Origin: Burkholderiales bacterium
Lineage (GTDB): Bacteria; Pseudomonadota; Gammaproteobacteria; Burkholderiales; Burkholderiaceae_E
Direction of reading: 5' to 3'
Length of the DNA: 64,000 nt
Assembly: GCA_947487165.1 (NCBI GenBank)
Contig: CANKWX010000011.1
Coordinates: 355-64,354 of the forward strand
Shown: piece by piece, positions 41,075-49,939 of the stretch
How positions within the stretch are numbered: the first letter of the stretch is position 1
How the letters are laid out: each line of letters begins with the position of its first letter
Translations under genes and position numbers: made by a program
The notes under the pieces: model-generated
What the model was told of the DNA's origin: nothing
The model's input: the letters and a program-made list of their open reading frames with translations, nothing else
Databases searched by the model: none

Positions 41075-42313
41075 TCAGCCGATCACGTTCGCTTCAAGAA
41101 TGCGCCGGCCTTGCACCAGCCGTTCAATCGAGAGCACCGACAGATCGAGCGATCGGTAGCCGCCCTGCACGATGAGCTCGGCAATGCCACGCCCCACAGC
41201 CGGCGCCTGCTGCATCCCGTGGCCTGAAAAGCCGGTCGCAAAGAGCAGGTTGTCGACCGCGGGATGCGCGCCCAGCAGGGCGTTGTGATCGAAGAGGTTC
41301 ATCTCGTAGTAGCCGGCCCAGGCGTTTTCGATGCGCAGTGCTTCGAAGGCCGGCACCCGATGCGCCAGTCCGGTCCAGAAGGCTTCGTCGAACTCGGCCA
41401 GATTGGGCTCAAGCGGCAGGTCGTCGGCATCATCGTCGGGCGTACGTCCGCCGATGAACTGCCTGCCTTCGGGCCTGAACCAGAAGCCGCTCGGGTCGAT
41501 CACCAGCGGACAATCAGCCAGCGTTGTCGGACACGAAAAGACAAACACCGTGCGACGCCGGGCGTGCACCGGCAGGTCGATGCCGGCTGCCGCTGCAAGC
41601 GGGCGTGCCCAGGCGCCGGCGGCATTGACCGCTGTGCCGCAAACCAGGCGTGTGCCATCGGCCAATCGCAGCGCGGTGATTTTGCGGGGCGCATCGCCTG
41701 CGCCTGCCATCTCGAAGCCCACCACCTCGCCCCGGATCAGCGTCGCGCCCTGAGACCTTGCGGCCCGCAGCATCGCCTGATGCAGCGCCGGGCCGTCGAA
41801 CCAGCCTTCAGCGCCTGCGCCGAGCGTGCCCACCGACAGATCTCCGGTTCGCAGCCAGGCAAAGCGCTGCGCCAGCGCGTCGCGCTCGAGCAGCTCGATC
41901 GGCGCGCCATGATGGCGTTGCAGTGCGTGCTGCGCGCGCAGGCTGTCGGCGCCCTCGGAGCGTGCCAGATAGAGGTATCCCGGATCGGTCAGCCCGATCG
42001 CAGGCGCTTCGTCGTCGACCGCGAGCAGGCCCGGTGCCTCGCGCAAAAATTGCAGCCCGAACTGCGAGAGCTGAATATTGATCGGATTCGAAAACTGTTG
42101 CCTGATCGAGCTCGCCGAGCGTTGCGAGGAGGCCTGCGCAAAGCTGGTATCGCGTTCGATGAGTGCGACCCGCAAACCGGGGTCAAGGCGCATCAGCCAC
42201 CAGGCGATTGAGGCGCCCTGGATGCCGGCGCCAATGATTGCGACATCGACGCTGTGATCGCAGGGGGTATGCGCTGGGCGATCGTCCTGGACGGCCTTGC
42301 TGCCTGATGTCAT
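41075..42313 (-). CDS. FAD-dependent oxidoreductase (DAO family)
   Basis: Dinucleotide fold VDVAIIGAGIQGAS, 412 aa, C-terminal GFSGHGMQQAP. Confidence 0.85.
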   Translation of the reverse strand: MTSGSKAVQDDRPAHTPCDHSVDVAIIGAGIQGASIAWWLMRLDPGLRVALIERDTSFAQASSQRSASSIRQQFSNPINIQLSQFGLQFLREAPGLLAVDDEAPAIGLTDPGYLYLARSEGADSLRAQHALQRHHGAPIELLERDALAQRFAWLRTGDLSVGTLGAGAEGWFDGPALHQAMLRAARSQGATLIRGEVVGFEMAGAGDAPRKITALRLADGTRLVCGTAVNAAGAWARPLAAAAGIDLPVHARRRTVFVFSCPTTLADCPLVIDPSGFWFRPEGRQFIGGRTPDDDADDLPLEPNLAEFDEAFWTGLAHRVPAFEALRIENAWAGYYEMNLFDHNALLGAHPAVDNLLFATGFSGHGMQQAPAVGRGIAELIVQGGYRSLDLSVLSIERLVQGRRILEANVIG

Positions 42314-43293
42314 GCGCCACCTCGTGCACAGGATGCATCGCCCTGCCGGCTGGCGGCCATCTCGCGCTCGGCCAGCGCCGCGTCATAGACCAGGCGCGCG
42401 GCCGCCGCATCCTCGACCGCCTGCCCGAGCGCCTTGAAGACCCAGGTCTCGCCCGGTGGCGGTGCGGGCTTCGTGCCGGCCAGGATCTCGCCGATCTCGG
42501 CACTGATCCGTGCGCCCGATGCGATCACATCGCCCGACTCGAGCTCGGCGGCATGACGGCTGTCGGCGATCAGGGTGTGGCGCATGACCTCGTCATCGAG
42601 CTCGCGCCAGCCGGGGCGTGCTGCGCCGATCGCGGCCACCATCGCGCCTGCCTTGAGCCAGGCGCCGCGCAGGATGGGCTCGGTGGCATTGGTGACGGTG
42701 CACACAATGTCGGCACCGCGCACCGCGTCTTGCGCGCTCGCGCAGGCGACGCCGCCAATCTCGGCGGCGCAGCGCTGCACATTGCCGGCATCGCGGCTCC
42801 AGACGCGGATCTCGGTGATCGGTCTGACCGCGCGCAGTGCCAGCGCATGGGTGCGGGCCAGCGCGCCACTGCCCAACAGGGCCAGGACTTTCGGTGCGGG
42901 CGAGGTCAGCGCATCGCAGGCCACCGCGGTGACTGCGGCGGTGCGCAGTTCGGTGATCCAGGTGCCATCCATGACTGCGAGTGTGCGGCCGGTGCGCGGA
43001 TCCATCAGGACGATCGTGGCCAGCAGAGTCGGCAGGCCGATTTGTGCATTGCCAGGAAACTGCGTGATCAGTTTGGTGACCAGGGCCTGGTCGCTCAGCA
43101 CCGGCTTCAAGAACAGCAGGCCACCGGCATCAGGAATCTCCATCACCATGCGCTGCGGCTGCACCACGCGGCCTGCCGACAGATCGATGAGGGCGTGGCG
43201 TAGTGCCTGCAGCAGGGATGGCAGGCTGAGCAGTCGGCGCACAGCGGCATCGTCCAGATGCAGGGGCGGCGCGAAAGTCGGGTCGATCAGCAA
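42310..43293 (-). CDS. Ornithine cyclodeaminase / mu-crystallin family protein
   Basis: Rossmann LALLGSGALARTH and OCD-family core. The stop overlaps the start of the FAD oxidoreductase gene (ATGA). The maximal ORF runs to 43509, but that would overlap pdeM, so I propose TTG 43293. The start is uncertain. Confidence 0.72.
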   Translation of the reverse strand: MLIDPTFAPPLHLDDAAVRRLLSLPSLLQALRHALIDLSAGRVVQPQRMVMEIPDAGGLLFLKPVLSDQALVTKLITQFPGNAQIGLPTLLATIVLMDPRTGRTLAVMDGTWITELRTAAVTAVACDALTSPAPKVLALLGSGALARTHALALRAVRPITEIRVWSRDAGNVQRCAAEIGGVACASAQDAVRGADIVCTVTNATEPILRGAWLKAGAMVAAIGAARPGWRELDDEVMRHTLIADSRHAAELESGDVIASGARISAEIGEILAGTKPAPPPGETWVFKALGQAVEDAAAARLVYDAALAEREMAASRQGDASCARGGA

Positions 43294-43405
43294 CGGTGAA
43301 GATTTGCGAAGTGCCTCAGACGGCGTCGGCAGCAGGGTAACGCAACTCGGCCAGTCAGAGGCAGCCAGGTGTCTGCCTGAAAGCCACACACCGCACGCCG
43401 ATACA

Positions 43406-44272
43406 ATGGCCACGATGGACCTGATGCAAGCGGCGACCCCTCCGATCGCGCCAATCGACCCGAGTGCCGAGAGTGGCGCGCGTGCCGAGAGTGGCCCGAC
43501 CATCGCCACTGCCGGCCTTGCGGTCGTCGTGGCAGGCGTTGCCCTGCAGTTGCTCGCCGATCGCGCGGTGTGGTGGCCCGAGGCGGGAACGCTGTTTGTG
43601 GCCGACGTTCACCTCGGCAAGGCCGAGTCCTTCAGTGCACTCGGCGTGCCGGTGCCGCGCGGACCGACCGCGGCCACCCTTGACCGACTCTCTGCGCTCA
43701 TTGAGCTCTGCGCCGCAACCCGGCTGGTGGTGCTGGGCGATCTGCTGCATGCCCGACAGGCGCAGGCGCCGGCGACGATCGGATTGCTGCGGCAATGGCG
43801 CGCAAAGCATGCTCGACTGCGATGCCTGCTGGTGCGAGGCAATCATGATGACCATGCCGGTGATCCGCCTGCTGAGCTCGGCATCGAGATGGTCACGCAG
43901 GGTGAGCGGCTGGGTCCGTTCTCGCTCTGTCATCTGCCCTTTGAGAGCGATGTCCTGCCCTCGGCCGACCGGTCCGCCGCGCCGGGGGAGGGCCAATCTT
44001 CGAGCCAATCTTCGAACCATCGCCAAATCCTCGCCGGCGGCTATCGCCTGGCCGGCCATCTTCATCCGGCGGTGCGCCTGTCGGGTCGGGGAGGCGCATC
44101 GGTGAGACTGCCTTGCTTTCGGGTCGGAGAGTCGCAGATGGTGCTGCCGGCCTTCGGTGATTTCACCGGTGGCGCGACCGTCGTGCGCGTCGAGGGCGAG
44201 CGCATCTTCGCGATTGCGCCGCCCAAAGTGATCGAGGTACCCGCCCCGATGCCGTCGTTCAGGCGCCGTTAG
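43406..44272 (+). CDS. pdeM: Ligase-associated DNA damage response metallophosphoesterase/endonuclease PdeM
   Basis: [23 protein letters not shown] and GHLHP metallophosphoesterase motifs. It is the C-terminal part of the 565-aa ORF 42575-44272. The start is ambiguous: ATG 43406 or GTG 43529. Confidence 0.8.
   Translation: MATMDLMQAATPPIAPIDPSAESGARAESGPTIATAGLAVVVAGVALQLLADRAVWWPEAGTLFVADVHLGKAESFSALGVPVPRGPTAATLDRLSALIELCAATRLVVLGDLLHARQAQAPATIGLLRQWRAKHARLRCLLVRGNHDDHAGDPPAELGIEMVTQGERLGPFSLCHLPFESDVLPSADRSAAPGEGQSSSQSSNHRQILAGGYRLAGHLHPAVRLSGRGGASVRLPCFRVGESQMVLPAFGDFTGGATVVRVEGERIFAIAPPKVIEVPAPMPSFRRR
43464..43499 (+). repeat. 18-bp tandem repeat x2 at the pdeM 5' end
   Basis: GTGCCGAGAGTGGCGCGC then GTGCCGAGAGTGGCCCGA, with 16 of 18 identical. 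Confidence 0.9.
43993..44016 (+). repeat. 12-bp tandem repeat x2 inside pdeM
   Basis: CCAATCTTCGAG CCAATCTTCGAA encodes (G)QSSS QSSN. Confidence 0.85.
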
Positions 44273-45098
44273 CGCGCATTCGCGCAATCGTCGCGTCGAT
44301 CAGCGCCCGTGCGATCGACAGGCGCGGCGGCATCTGCGGCAGGGCGTCAAGGTCGAACCACTGCGCATCGGCCAACTCGGCCGGATCGTGGCGTACTTCG
44401 CCGCTGGCGTACTCGGCGGTGAAGGCGATCATCAGCGAGTTGGGAAAGGGCCAGCTCTGGCTGGCGAAATAGCGCGGGTTCTTGATCTCGATATTGGTCT
44501 CTTCGAGGACCTCGCGGGCGACGCATTCTTCGATCGTCTCGCCGGCTTCGAGAAAACCGGCCAGCGCGCTGTAGCGGCCCGGCGGAAAATTCACCCCGCG
44601 CCCGAGCAGGAGCTGGTTGCCCTTGGTCACCAGCGCCATCATCGCCGGCGAGATGCGCGGATAGACCGTCAGGCGACAGCGCGGGCAGCGCTTGGCGCGC
44701 TCGCCGCTGGCATGCTCGGTCGGGATGCCGCAGGCGCCGCAGAACTGGTGGGTGCGATCCCACTCGAGGATCTGCACCGCACGCATCGCAATCGAGAGGG
44801 TCTCGTCATCGAGCGAGCCGAACCAGGTGCGCAGGTTGGCCGCCTTCCAGCCGTCAGGCATCAGGTCGGCCGGATGGTCGTCCGCCAGCGCGACCGCGAG
44901 ATGGTCGACGCCCTGATGGCGGCCGATCGGATGCACCCGCGCCGGCGCAAAGCCCATGGCGCGCCAGGTCCGCCAGGGCAGGGCGCGCGGCTCATCGAGG
45001 CTCTGGACGAGCGAATCGCGAACGAAAAGGTGGACCACTGCATCGGGATGAAGCTCGAGGTCGAGGGCGGCTTGAAAATCGATGGGGGTGCGTAGCAT
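44259..45098 (-). CDS. nudC: NAD(+) diphosphatase (NADH pyrophosphatase)
   Basis: Zn ribbon FCGACG...CPRC followed by Nudix box [26 protein letters not shown] 45098 inside ORF 44259-45203. Confidence 0.85.
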   Translation of the reverse strand: MLRTPIDFQAALDLELHPDAVVHLFVRDSLVQSLDEPRALPWRTWRAMGFAPARVHPIGRHQGVDHLAVALADDHPADLMPDGWKAANLRTWFGSLDDETLSIAMRAVQILEWDRTHQFCGACGIPTEHASGERAKRCPRCRLTVYPRISPAMMALVTKGNQLLLGRGVNFPPGRYSALAGFLEAGETIEECVAREVLEETNIEIKNPRYFASQSWPFPNSLMIAFTAEYASGEVRHDPAELADAQWFDLDALPQMPPRLSIARALIDATIARMRANGA

Positions 45099-45201
45099 CG
45101 TCGGGATCGCCTGACTGAGGGGAACTCCGGCGATTGTCCCATGCCCGGGGGCTGCTATCGTCCGACCAGAGCCCCCCCGAAAACACAAGGAGACCACAGG
45201 C

Positions 45202-45696
45202 ATGACTTTCGATCAGTTGCTCGAGCGCTTTGCGACTGCGGTCGGCGCACGCGACACCGCAGGGCTGGCCGCACTCTTTACCACCGATGGCATCTATGAC
45301 GACTATTTCTTCGGCCCTCATCAGGGGCGTGAATCGATCGCGGCCATGCTCGACCGCTTCTATGACGGCGGCGAGGCCTTCTCCTGGGAATTTGTCGAGC
45401 CGGCCTGCAGCGCCGACACCGGCTATGCGCGCTACTGCTTCAGCTATCGCTCGCGTGAACCCGACAGCAAAGGCGAGCTGGTGATCTTTGAAGGCATCAG
45501 CCGCTTTCGCTTGCGCGACGGCCTGATCGCCCATTACGGCGAGGTCTTCGATCGTGGCGTGGCCTTTACCCAGCTTGGCTATGCGCCGGCGCGCATTGTG
45601 AAGCTGCTGGCGCGCTATGCCACCGATTTTCGCAACAGTGAGTCGGCGCAGCGGCATCTGGCTTACCGCGCCCGCGGCATCGACGCCCCGGCCTGA
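45202..45696 (+). CDS. NTF2-like / SnoaL-like domain protein
   Basis: [23 protein letters not shown]... is typical of the SnoaL_2 N-terminus. 164 aa. Confidence 0.7.
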   Translation: MTFDQLLERFATAVGARDTAGLAALFTTDGIYDDYFFGPHQGRESIAAMLDRFYDGGEAFSWEFVEPACSADTGYARYCFSYRSREPDSKGELVIFEGISRFRLRDGLIAHYGEVFDRGVAFTQLGYAPARIVKLLARYATDFRNSESAQRHLAYRARGIDAPA

Positions 45697-45741
45697 GACC
45701 GGCAATGCGCCGCCAGCCTGGAGTCCGCCTCGAGTCCGGAT

Positions 45742-46593
45742 TCAGGCGGGCGGGCGATGCGGCCCGGTGCCCAGGGTGGTGTCGGCGCGGCGTGATCGGC
45801 GCAGCGGATAGACGAACTGCGTGAGCCAGGATTCCGGCCCATGCCGCAGATCATCCTCCAGGCCGAAGGCCGGCGGATAGCGGCGAGTGATCCGCGCGGT
45901 GCCGAAGAGCATGTCCCAGATGAACAGCAGATTGCCGTAGTTGCCGGCGTAGTGGCCGATGCCGTCGTCCTGCCTCAGTGCATGGTGGGCGAAGTGGGTG
46001 GCCGGCGTCGAAATGGTGCGCTCCAGCACCCAGGCCAGCGGGCTGAGCCAGGGTGTGCGGTAGAGCCATTGATCCCAGCGGATGGCCGAATGCGCGCCGA
46101 TGATGACCGTGACCTTGACGATGCTGTAGAACACATAGACCCAGCCGAAGCCGAGATACAGCAGTGCGCCCGACAGCCAGAGGCCGGGCATCAGCGCGTA
46201 ATAGAAGGCGTTGTTGCGATAGACCAGGCGCACGCTCATATAGCCCGCCGAATGATGTGCGCGATGCAGCGGCCACATCACCGAGGTGTGGCTGAGGCGA
46301 TGCCACCAGTACTGGGTCAGATCGTCGGCCACCAGCAGCACCAGCAGCATCTGCCACCATGGCCAGTCGGCCAGCGCATCGCGCTGCGCCGGCATCAGCG
46401 AGGCGCACAGTGCGCCCGACGCGCTCAGCACGCTCACCGAAATCAGCGGAAACATCAGCGTCACCGCGATCTCCAGGCGCACGTCTTCGCGGGTTGACTG
46501 GCGTGCCAGGAATCGGCCCTGCAGCATTTCGGCCAGTGCGAACGCCGCCCACACTGAGCCGATCACGACAATCTGGAGGGTTTGCGGGGCCAT
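45742..46593 (-). CDS. Fatty acid hydroxylase / sterol desaturase family membrane enzyme
   Basis: Three His boxes (WWHRLSH, HRAHHS, HFAHHAL) and multiple TM segments. Confidence 0.85.
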   Translation of the reverse strand: MAPQTLQIVVIGSVWAAFALAEMLQGRFLARQSTREDVRLEIAVTLMFPLISVSVLSASGALCASLMPAQRDALADWPWWQMLLVLLVADDLTQYWWHRLSHTSVMWPLHRAHHSAGYMSVRLVYRNNAFYYALMPGLWLSGALLYLGFGWVYVFYSIVKVTVIIGAHSAIRWDQWLYRTPWLSPLAWVLERTISTPATHFAHHALRQDDGIGHYAGNYGNLLFIWDMLFGTARITRRYPPAFGLEDDLRHGPESWLTQFVYPLRRSRRADTTLGTGPHRPPA

Positions 46594-46617
46594 GGTGTCC
46601 TTGGAAGGGGGCGTCGC

Positions 46618-47193
46618 TCAGCGCAAGGCTTCGCAACTGAGCGAGCCGCGTGCTGCTTCGACCACTGATTTCTCGGCGGCATAGTCGGCCACCAGCACCC
46701 GCATCAGCAGCAGGCCGCGCGCCGACGGCGAGTCGATCAGTGTCGAGCCGGCCGGCAGTGCGGGCCTTTGCGCATAGGCTTTCGGGCCGATCAGCACGAT
46801 GTCGATCGGTTTGCCGGCCGCCTCGCGATCATTGATCACAAAGAAGTTGTCGGAATTGTCGGCGTAAAGCGCGATCGACCAGTACCGGGGTGCCTTCGGT
46901 TCGGCCCGGATGCGCAGCGGCGTCGTGCTGACATCGAAGGCGCAGGTGGCATAGAGCAGATCAGGGCTGGGCATGACGATGCGCCGCGCCGAGGCATCGG
47001 TCATTGGTGGCAGAAAGACCCCGCTGGTTCTTTCGGGCTGCGCGGCCGAGAGCACACGGCCCATGATCACCCGCGGCACGGCCCACACTGCCAGCCCATG
47101 CACTGCGGCTGCCAGGATGAGTGTCGCGCCGATCCGCCAGGCCCACAGCCGTCTGCGGCTGCTGAGCAGTGCCGACGATTGCGCCTGCGTCAT
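46618..47193 (-). CDS. DUF1254 domain protein with N-terminal membrane anchor
   Basis: PSPDLLYATCAFDV...PLRIRAEP..PRYWSIALYAD matches the DUF1254 pattern. One N-terminal TM helix. Confidence 0.7.
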   Translation of the reverse strand: MTQAQSSALLSSRRRLWAWRIGATLILAAAVHGLAVWAVPRVIMGRVLSAAQPERTSGVFLPPMTDASARRIVMPSPDLLYATCAFDVSTTPLRIRAEPKAPRYWSIALYADNSDNFFVINDREAAGKPIDIVLIGPKAYAQRPALPAGSTLIDSPSARGLLLMRVLVADYAAEKSVVEAARGSLSCEALR

Positions 47194-47810
47194 GCGCAGC
47201 CCGCCAGTCGCTCGATGCGCGGCGCCTCAAGCGATGCCGGGGCGGCCTGCAGCGCGCCTTCGGGGTTGTAGACCCGCAGCGTGAACATCAGGCCCCGGTC
47301 GCCGGGCGTGGGCAGCCAGGGCAGGCCGGCCAGGCCGGGGTCGGTCGGGCCACTGATCAGCATGAACGCACCGTTCGCGTCGACCGGCGCGCTCAGGCCA
47401 TTGACGCTGTAGCGACGCTGCTCGTTGGGGAACAGAAAGTAGTCCTCGGCATAGGCGGTCAGGCTCCACCAGCGGGCCTTGGGCGGCGGCCCGCTCACCC
47501 GGTAGCTGCAGCGCGAGCGCAATGGCTGGCCATCGGAGTCGGTCGCGGCGACGTAGTACATGGTCTCGGCACGATTGAGCGCGAGCAAGCCGCCCACCGC
47601 AACTCGGGCGCGGGTATAGGGATCGGCATCGGCGCTGCCGGCCAGCAGATTGGCCCGCCACGGCCCGACGCGCGCACCGAAGCCATCGCTGCGCTTGAGC
47701 ACCAGCCAGGCGCTGCCAAGGCCGAGCGCCGTGGCCAGCACCACCAGCACCACCAGCCCGACCAGGGTCGTCCAGCCGATGCGACGCTGCGAAGCGGCCT
47801 TGGCGCTCAT
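47190..47810 (-). CDS. DUF1214 domain protein with N-terminal membrane anchor
   Basis: ATG 47810 inside ORF 47190-48116. PYTRARVAVGGLLALNRAE...WWSLTAY...RYSV...LPWLPTP...LRVYNP matches the DUF1214 pattern. Confidence 0.7.
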   Translation of the reverse strand: MSAKAASQRRIGWTTLVGLVVLVVLATALGLGSAWLVLKRSDGFGARVGPWRANLLAGSADADPYTRARVAVGGLLALNRAETMYYVAATDSDGQPLRSRCSYRVSGPPPKARWWSLTAYAEDYFLFPNEQRRYSVNGLSAPVDANGAFMLISGPTDPGLAGLPWLPTPGDRGLMFTLRVYNPEGALQAAPASLEAPRIERLAGCA

Positions 47811-48658
47811 CGCCGCCCCGCCGCCGAACGCTGCCGGGCGATCTGTCGCCGGGCCAGCGTGGCCAGCCAGGCCGAGGCCCGCGACGGCACCAGTCTGAAC
47901 AGCAGATCGCCGATGCGAGCGTCGGCACCGATCAGCACCCGCGTCTTGCCGGCCTGCAGTGCCTTCACGATGACCGCGGCCGCCTGCGGCGCGCTGGTCC
48001 GGGCCATTTTGTCGAACTGCGCATGCAGGGCCTTGGGCGAGGCGGCCATGCTCGAGTAGTCGCCCAGACGCGACTGCTCGGCGATCCGGGTCTTGATGCC
48101 GCCCGGATGCACGCACAGCACATTGACGCGGCTGTCGCGAATCTCCTCGCGCAGCGCGTCCGAAAACGCCCGTACCGCCGCCTTGCTCGCGTTGTACATC
48201 GACTGGGTTGGCACCGAGATCATCGCGAACACGCTCGACAGATTCACGATCGTGCTGCCGGGGCGTGCCTGCAGAAGGGGCAAAAAGAGCCTGCTGCCGT
48301 TGACCACACCCCAGAAATTGATGTCGATCAGCCAGTGGGCGTCAGCCGGATCGAGGCTTCGAACCGGCGAGACCAGCCCGACGCCGGCGTTATTGACCAG
48401 CACATCGACGCCTTCGAAGGCCTGGCGCGCCCGCTCGGCGAGCGCCTCGAGATCGGCAATCTTCGCCACATCGCAGACCTGGGTCAGGCAGATCAGCCCG
48501 CGGTCCCGCAGGGGCTGCGCGACCTTTTCCAGCCGTGCGAAGTCGATATCGCAGATCAGCAGCCGGGCGCCGTGCGCGGCCATCGCATTGGCGAGTGCCT
48601 CGCCAATGCCGGATGCGGCACCGGTGATGACGACGGCTTTGCCTTGAAACGAGGTCAT
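47807..48658 (-). CDS. SDR family NAD(P)-dependent oxidoreductase (classical)
   Basis: VITGAASGIGEA cofactor motif, NNAG and YNASKAA catalytic motif. ATG 48658 inside ORF 47807-48733. Confidence 0.88.
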   Translation of the reverse strand: MTSFQGKAVVITGAASGIGEALANAMAAHGARLLICDIDFARLEKVAQPLRDRGLICLTQVCDVAKIADLEALAERARQAFEGVDVLVNNAGVGLVSPVRSLDPADAHWLIDINFWGVVNGSRLFLPLLQARPGSTIVNLSSVFAMISVPTQSMYNASKAAVRAFSDALREEIRDSRVNVLCVHPGGIKTRIAEQSRLGDYSSMAASPKALHAQFDKMARTSAPQAAAVIVKALQAGKTRVLIGADARIGDLLFRLVPSRASAWLATLARRQIARQRSAAGRR

Positions 48659-48829
48659 GGGGCGGCCTGCGCAGGGGAGTGGTTCAGGGAGCGTCGGCAC
48701 GGTCTTTGCCGGCAGCGCCTCAACTATACACAACTGTCTGTTTTGTCCGCGAGATGAACGACGGGGCGCAAGCGCATCGCCATCATGCCGCCACGCTTGT
48801 TGGCACGCTTGTCATCGCAGCGGAGCTGT

Positions 48830-48852
48830 CTATTTTAGTTGACACAAAATAG
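48830..48852. promoter_or_regulatory. Inverted repeat overlapping the -35 box (candidate operator)
   Basis: CTATTTT-9 nt-AAAATAG, perfect 7-bp arms. The spacer contains the TTGACA -35 hexamer. Confidence 0.3.
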
Positions 48853-48867
48853 TGTAAATTTTACGAT
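48839..48867 (+). promoter_or_regulatory. Sigma70-like promoter upstream of the PufC-like gene
   Basis: TTGACA (48839-48844), a 17-nt spacer, then TACGAT (48862-48867), in the only AT-rich patch of this intergenic region, 32 nt before ATG 48899. Confidence 0.4.
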
Positions 48868-48898
48868 ACGTTTTCATCGAATAATCGAGACCCCAGCC

Positions 48899-49939
48899 AT
48901 GATGCGAATGATGATCGAGGTCGTGCTTAAAGCCGGCCTGCTTGTATCTGGCTTGATGCTCGCCGGCTGTGAACGCCCGCCGATCGAGACCGTCCAGACC
49001 GGCTATCGCGGTACCGGGATGCAGCAGATTTACAACCCGCGCACGCTCGCCGAGCAGGCCGGCCTGAATGCGATGCCTGCGATCGATGCGCCGGCGCGGG
49101 TACGAGCCGGTGGGCCGACGGCGGGCGACGTCTACCAGAATGTGAAGGTCCTCAACGGATTGAGCCTGGCCGAATTCGGTCGGACCATGAATGCGATGAC
49201 CAACTGGGTGTCGCCGGTCCAGAGTTGTCTGTATTGCCACATCGAGGGCAACTTCGCCGATGACAGCAAATACACCAAGGTGGTTGCGCGCCGGATGATT
49301 CAGATGACCCAGCATCTGAATGCAGACTGGAAATCCCATGTCGGCGCCACCGGCGTGACCTGCTACACCTGCCATCGCGGCAATCCGCTGCCCCAGCCGG
49401 TCTGGTTTCGCCAGCCTCCCGACACCAAACATCCGGTGCTCGGCGATCTCGCCGGTCAAAATGCTCCGGCCAGGTCGGTCGGGCTGAGCTCTTTGCCCAA
49501 CGATCCGTTCTCGCACTATCTGTTGTCGGAAAAAGAGGCCGCCACAATCCGCGTGGCCGGCAACACCGCACTGCGCACCGACAACAACAAGTCGACCAAG
49601 CAGGCCGAGTTCACCTACGGGCTGATGATGCACATGTCGAGTTCACTCGGCGTGAACTGCACCTACTGCCACAACACGCGTGCCTTCGCGAGCTGGGAAG
49701 AAAGCCGCCCGCAGCGGGCCACCGCCTGGTATGGCATCCGCATGGTCCGTGACATCAACAGCGAGTATCTCGAGCCGCTCTCCGGCAACTTCCCCGAGTT
49801 GCCGACCGGGCGACTGGGTCCGCTGCACGATGCCGCCAAGGTCAATTGCGGTACCTGCCACAAGGGCGCGTTCAAGCCACTGAACGGCGCCGCGATGGCT
49901 CGGCACTACCCTGCCTTGCTGGGAGCGGTCGGCCCCTGA
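48899..49939 (+). CDS. Tetraheme c-type cytochrome, photosynthetic-reaction-centre cytochrome subunit (PufC)-like lipoprotein
   Basis: Four CxxCH sites (CLYCH, CYTCH, CTYCH, CGTCH) with PufC-like spacing and context. Lipobox LMLAGC. ATG 48899 inside the TTG-initiated ORF 48839-49939. Confidence 0.85.
   Translation: MMRMMIEVVLKAGLLVSGLMLAGCERPPIETVQTGYRGTGMQQIYNPRTLAEQAGLNAMPAIDAPARVRAGGPTAGDVYQNVKVLNGLSLAEFGRTMNAMTNWVSPVQSCLYCHIEGNFADDSKYTKVVARRMIQMTQHLNADWKSHVGATGVTCYTCHRGNPLPQPVWFRQPPDTKHPVLGDLAGQNAPARSVGLSSLPNDPFSHYLLSEKEAATIRVAGNTALRTDNNKSTKQAEFTYGLMMHMSSSLGVNCTYCHNTRAFASWEESRPQRATAWYGIRMVRDINSEYLEPLSGNFPELPTGRLGPLHDAAKVNCGTCHKGAFKPLNGAAMARHYPALLGAVGP

Noticed and set aside
42575-43405. 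The N-terminal 277 aa of the 565-aa ORF 42575-44272, which would make a very long PdeM.
   Set aside because: This part is antisense to the well-supported OCD-family gene and is low-complexity Ser/Ala/Arg-rich. PdeM motifs begin only after about 43530.
43294-43509. The 72-codon N-terminal extension of the OCD-family ORF.
   Set aside because: It would overlap the divergent pdeM start region. The extension is hydrophobic and low-complexity, and it precedes the point where OCD-family proteins normally begin. The start remains uncertain, so it is flagged rather than asserted.
48839-48898. The TTG-initiated 20-codon N-terminal extension of the PufC-like ORF.
   Set aside because: The TTG is itself the TTGACA -35-like hexamer. 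The lipoprotein signal peptide begins at ATG 48899.
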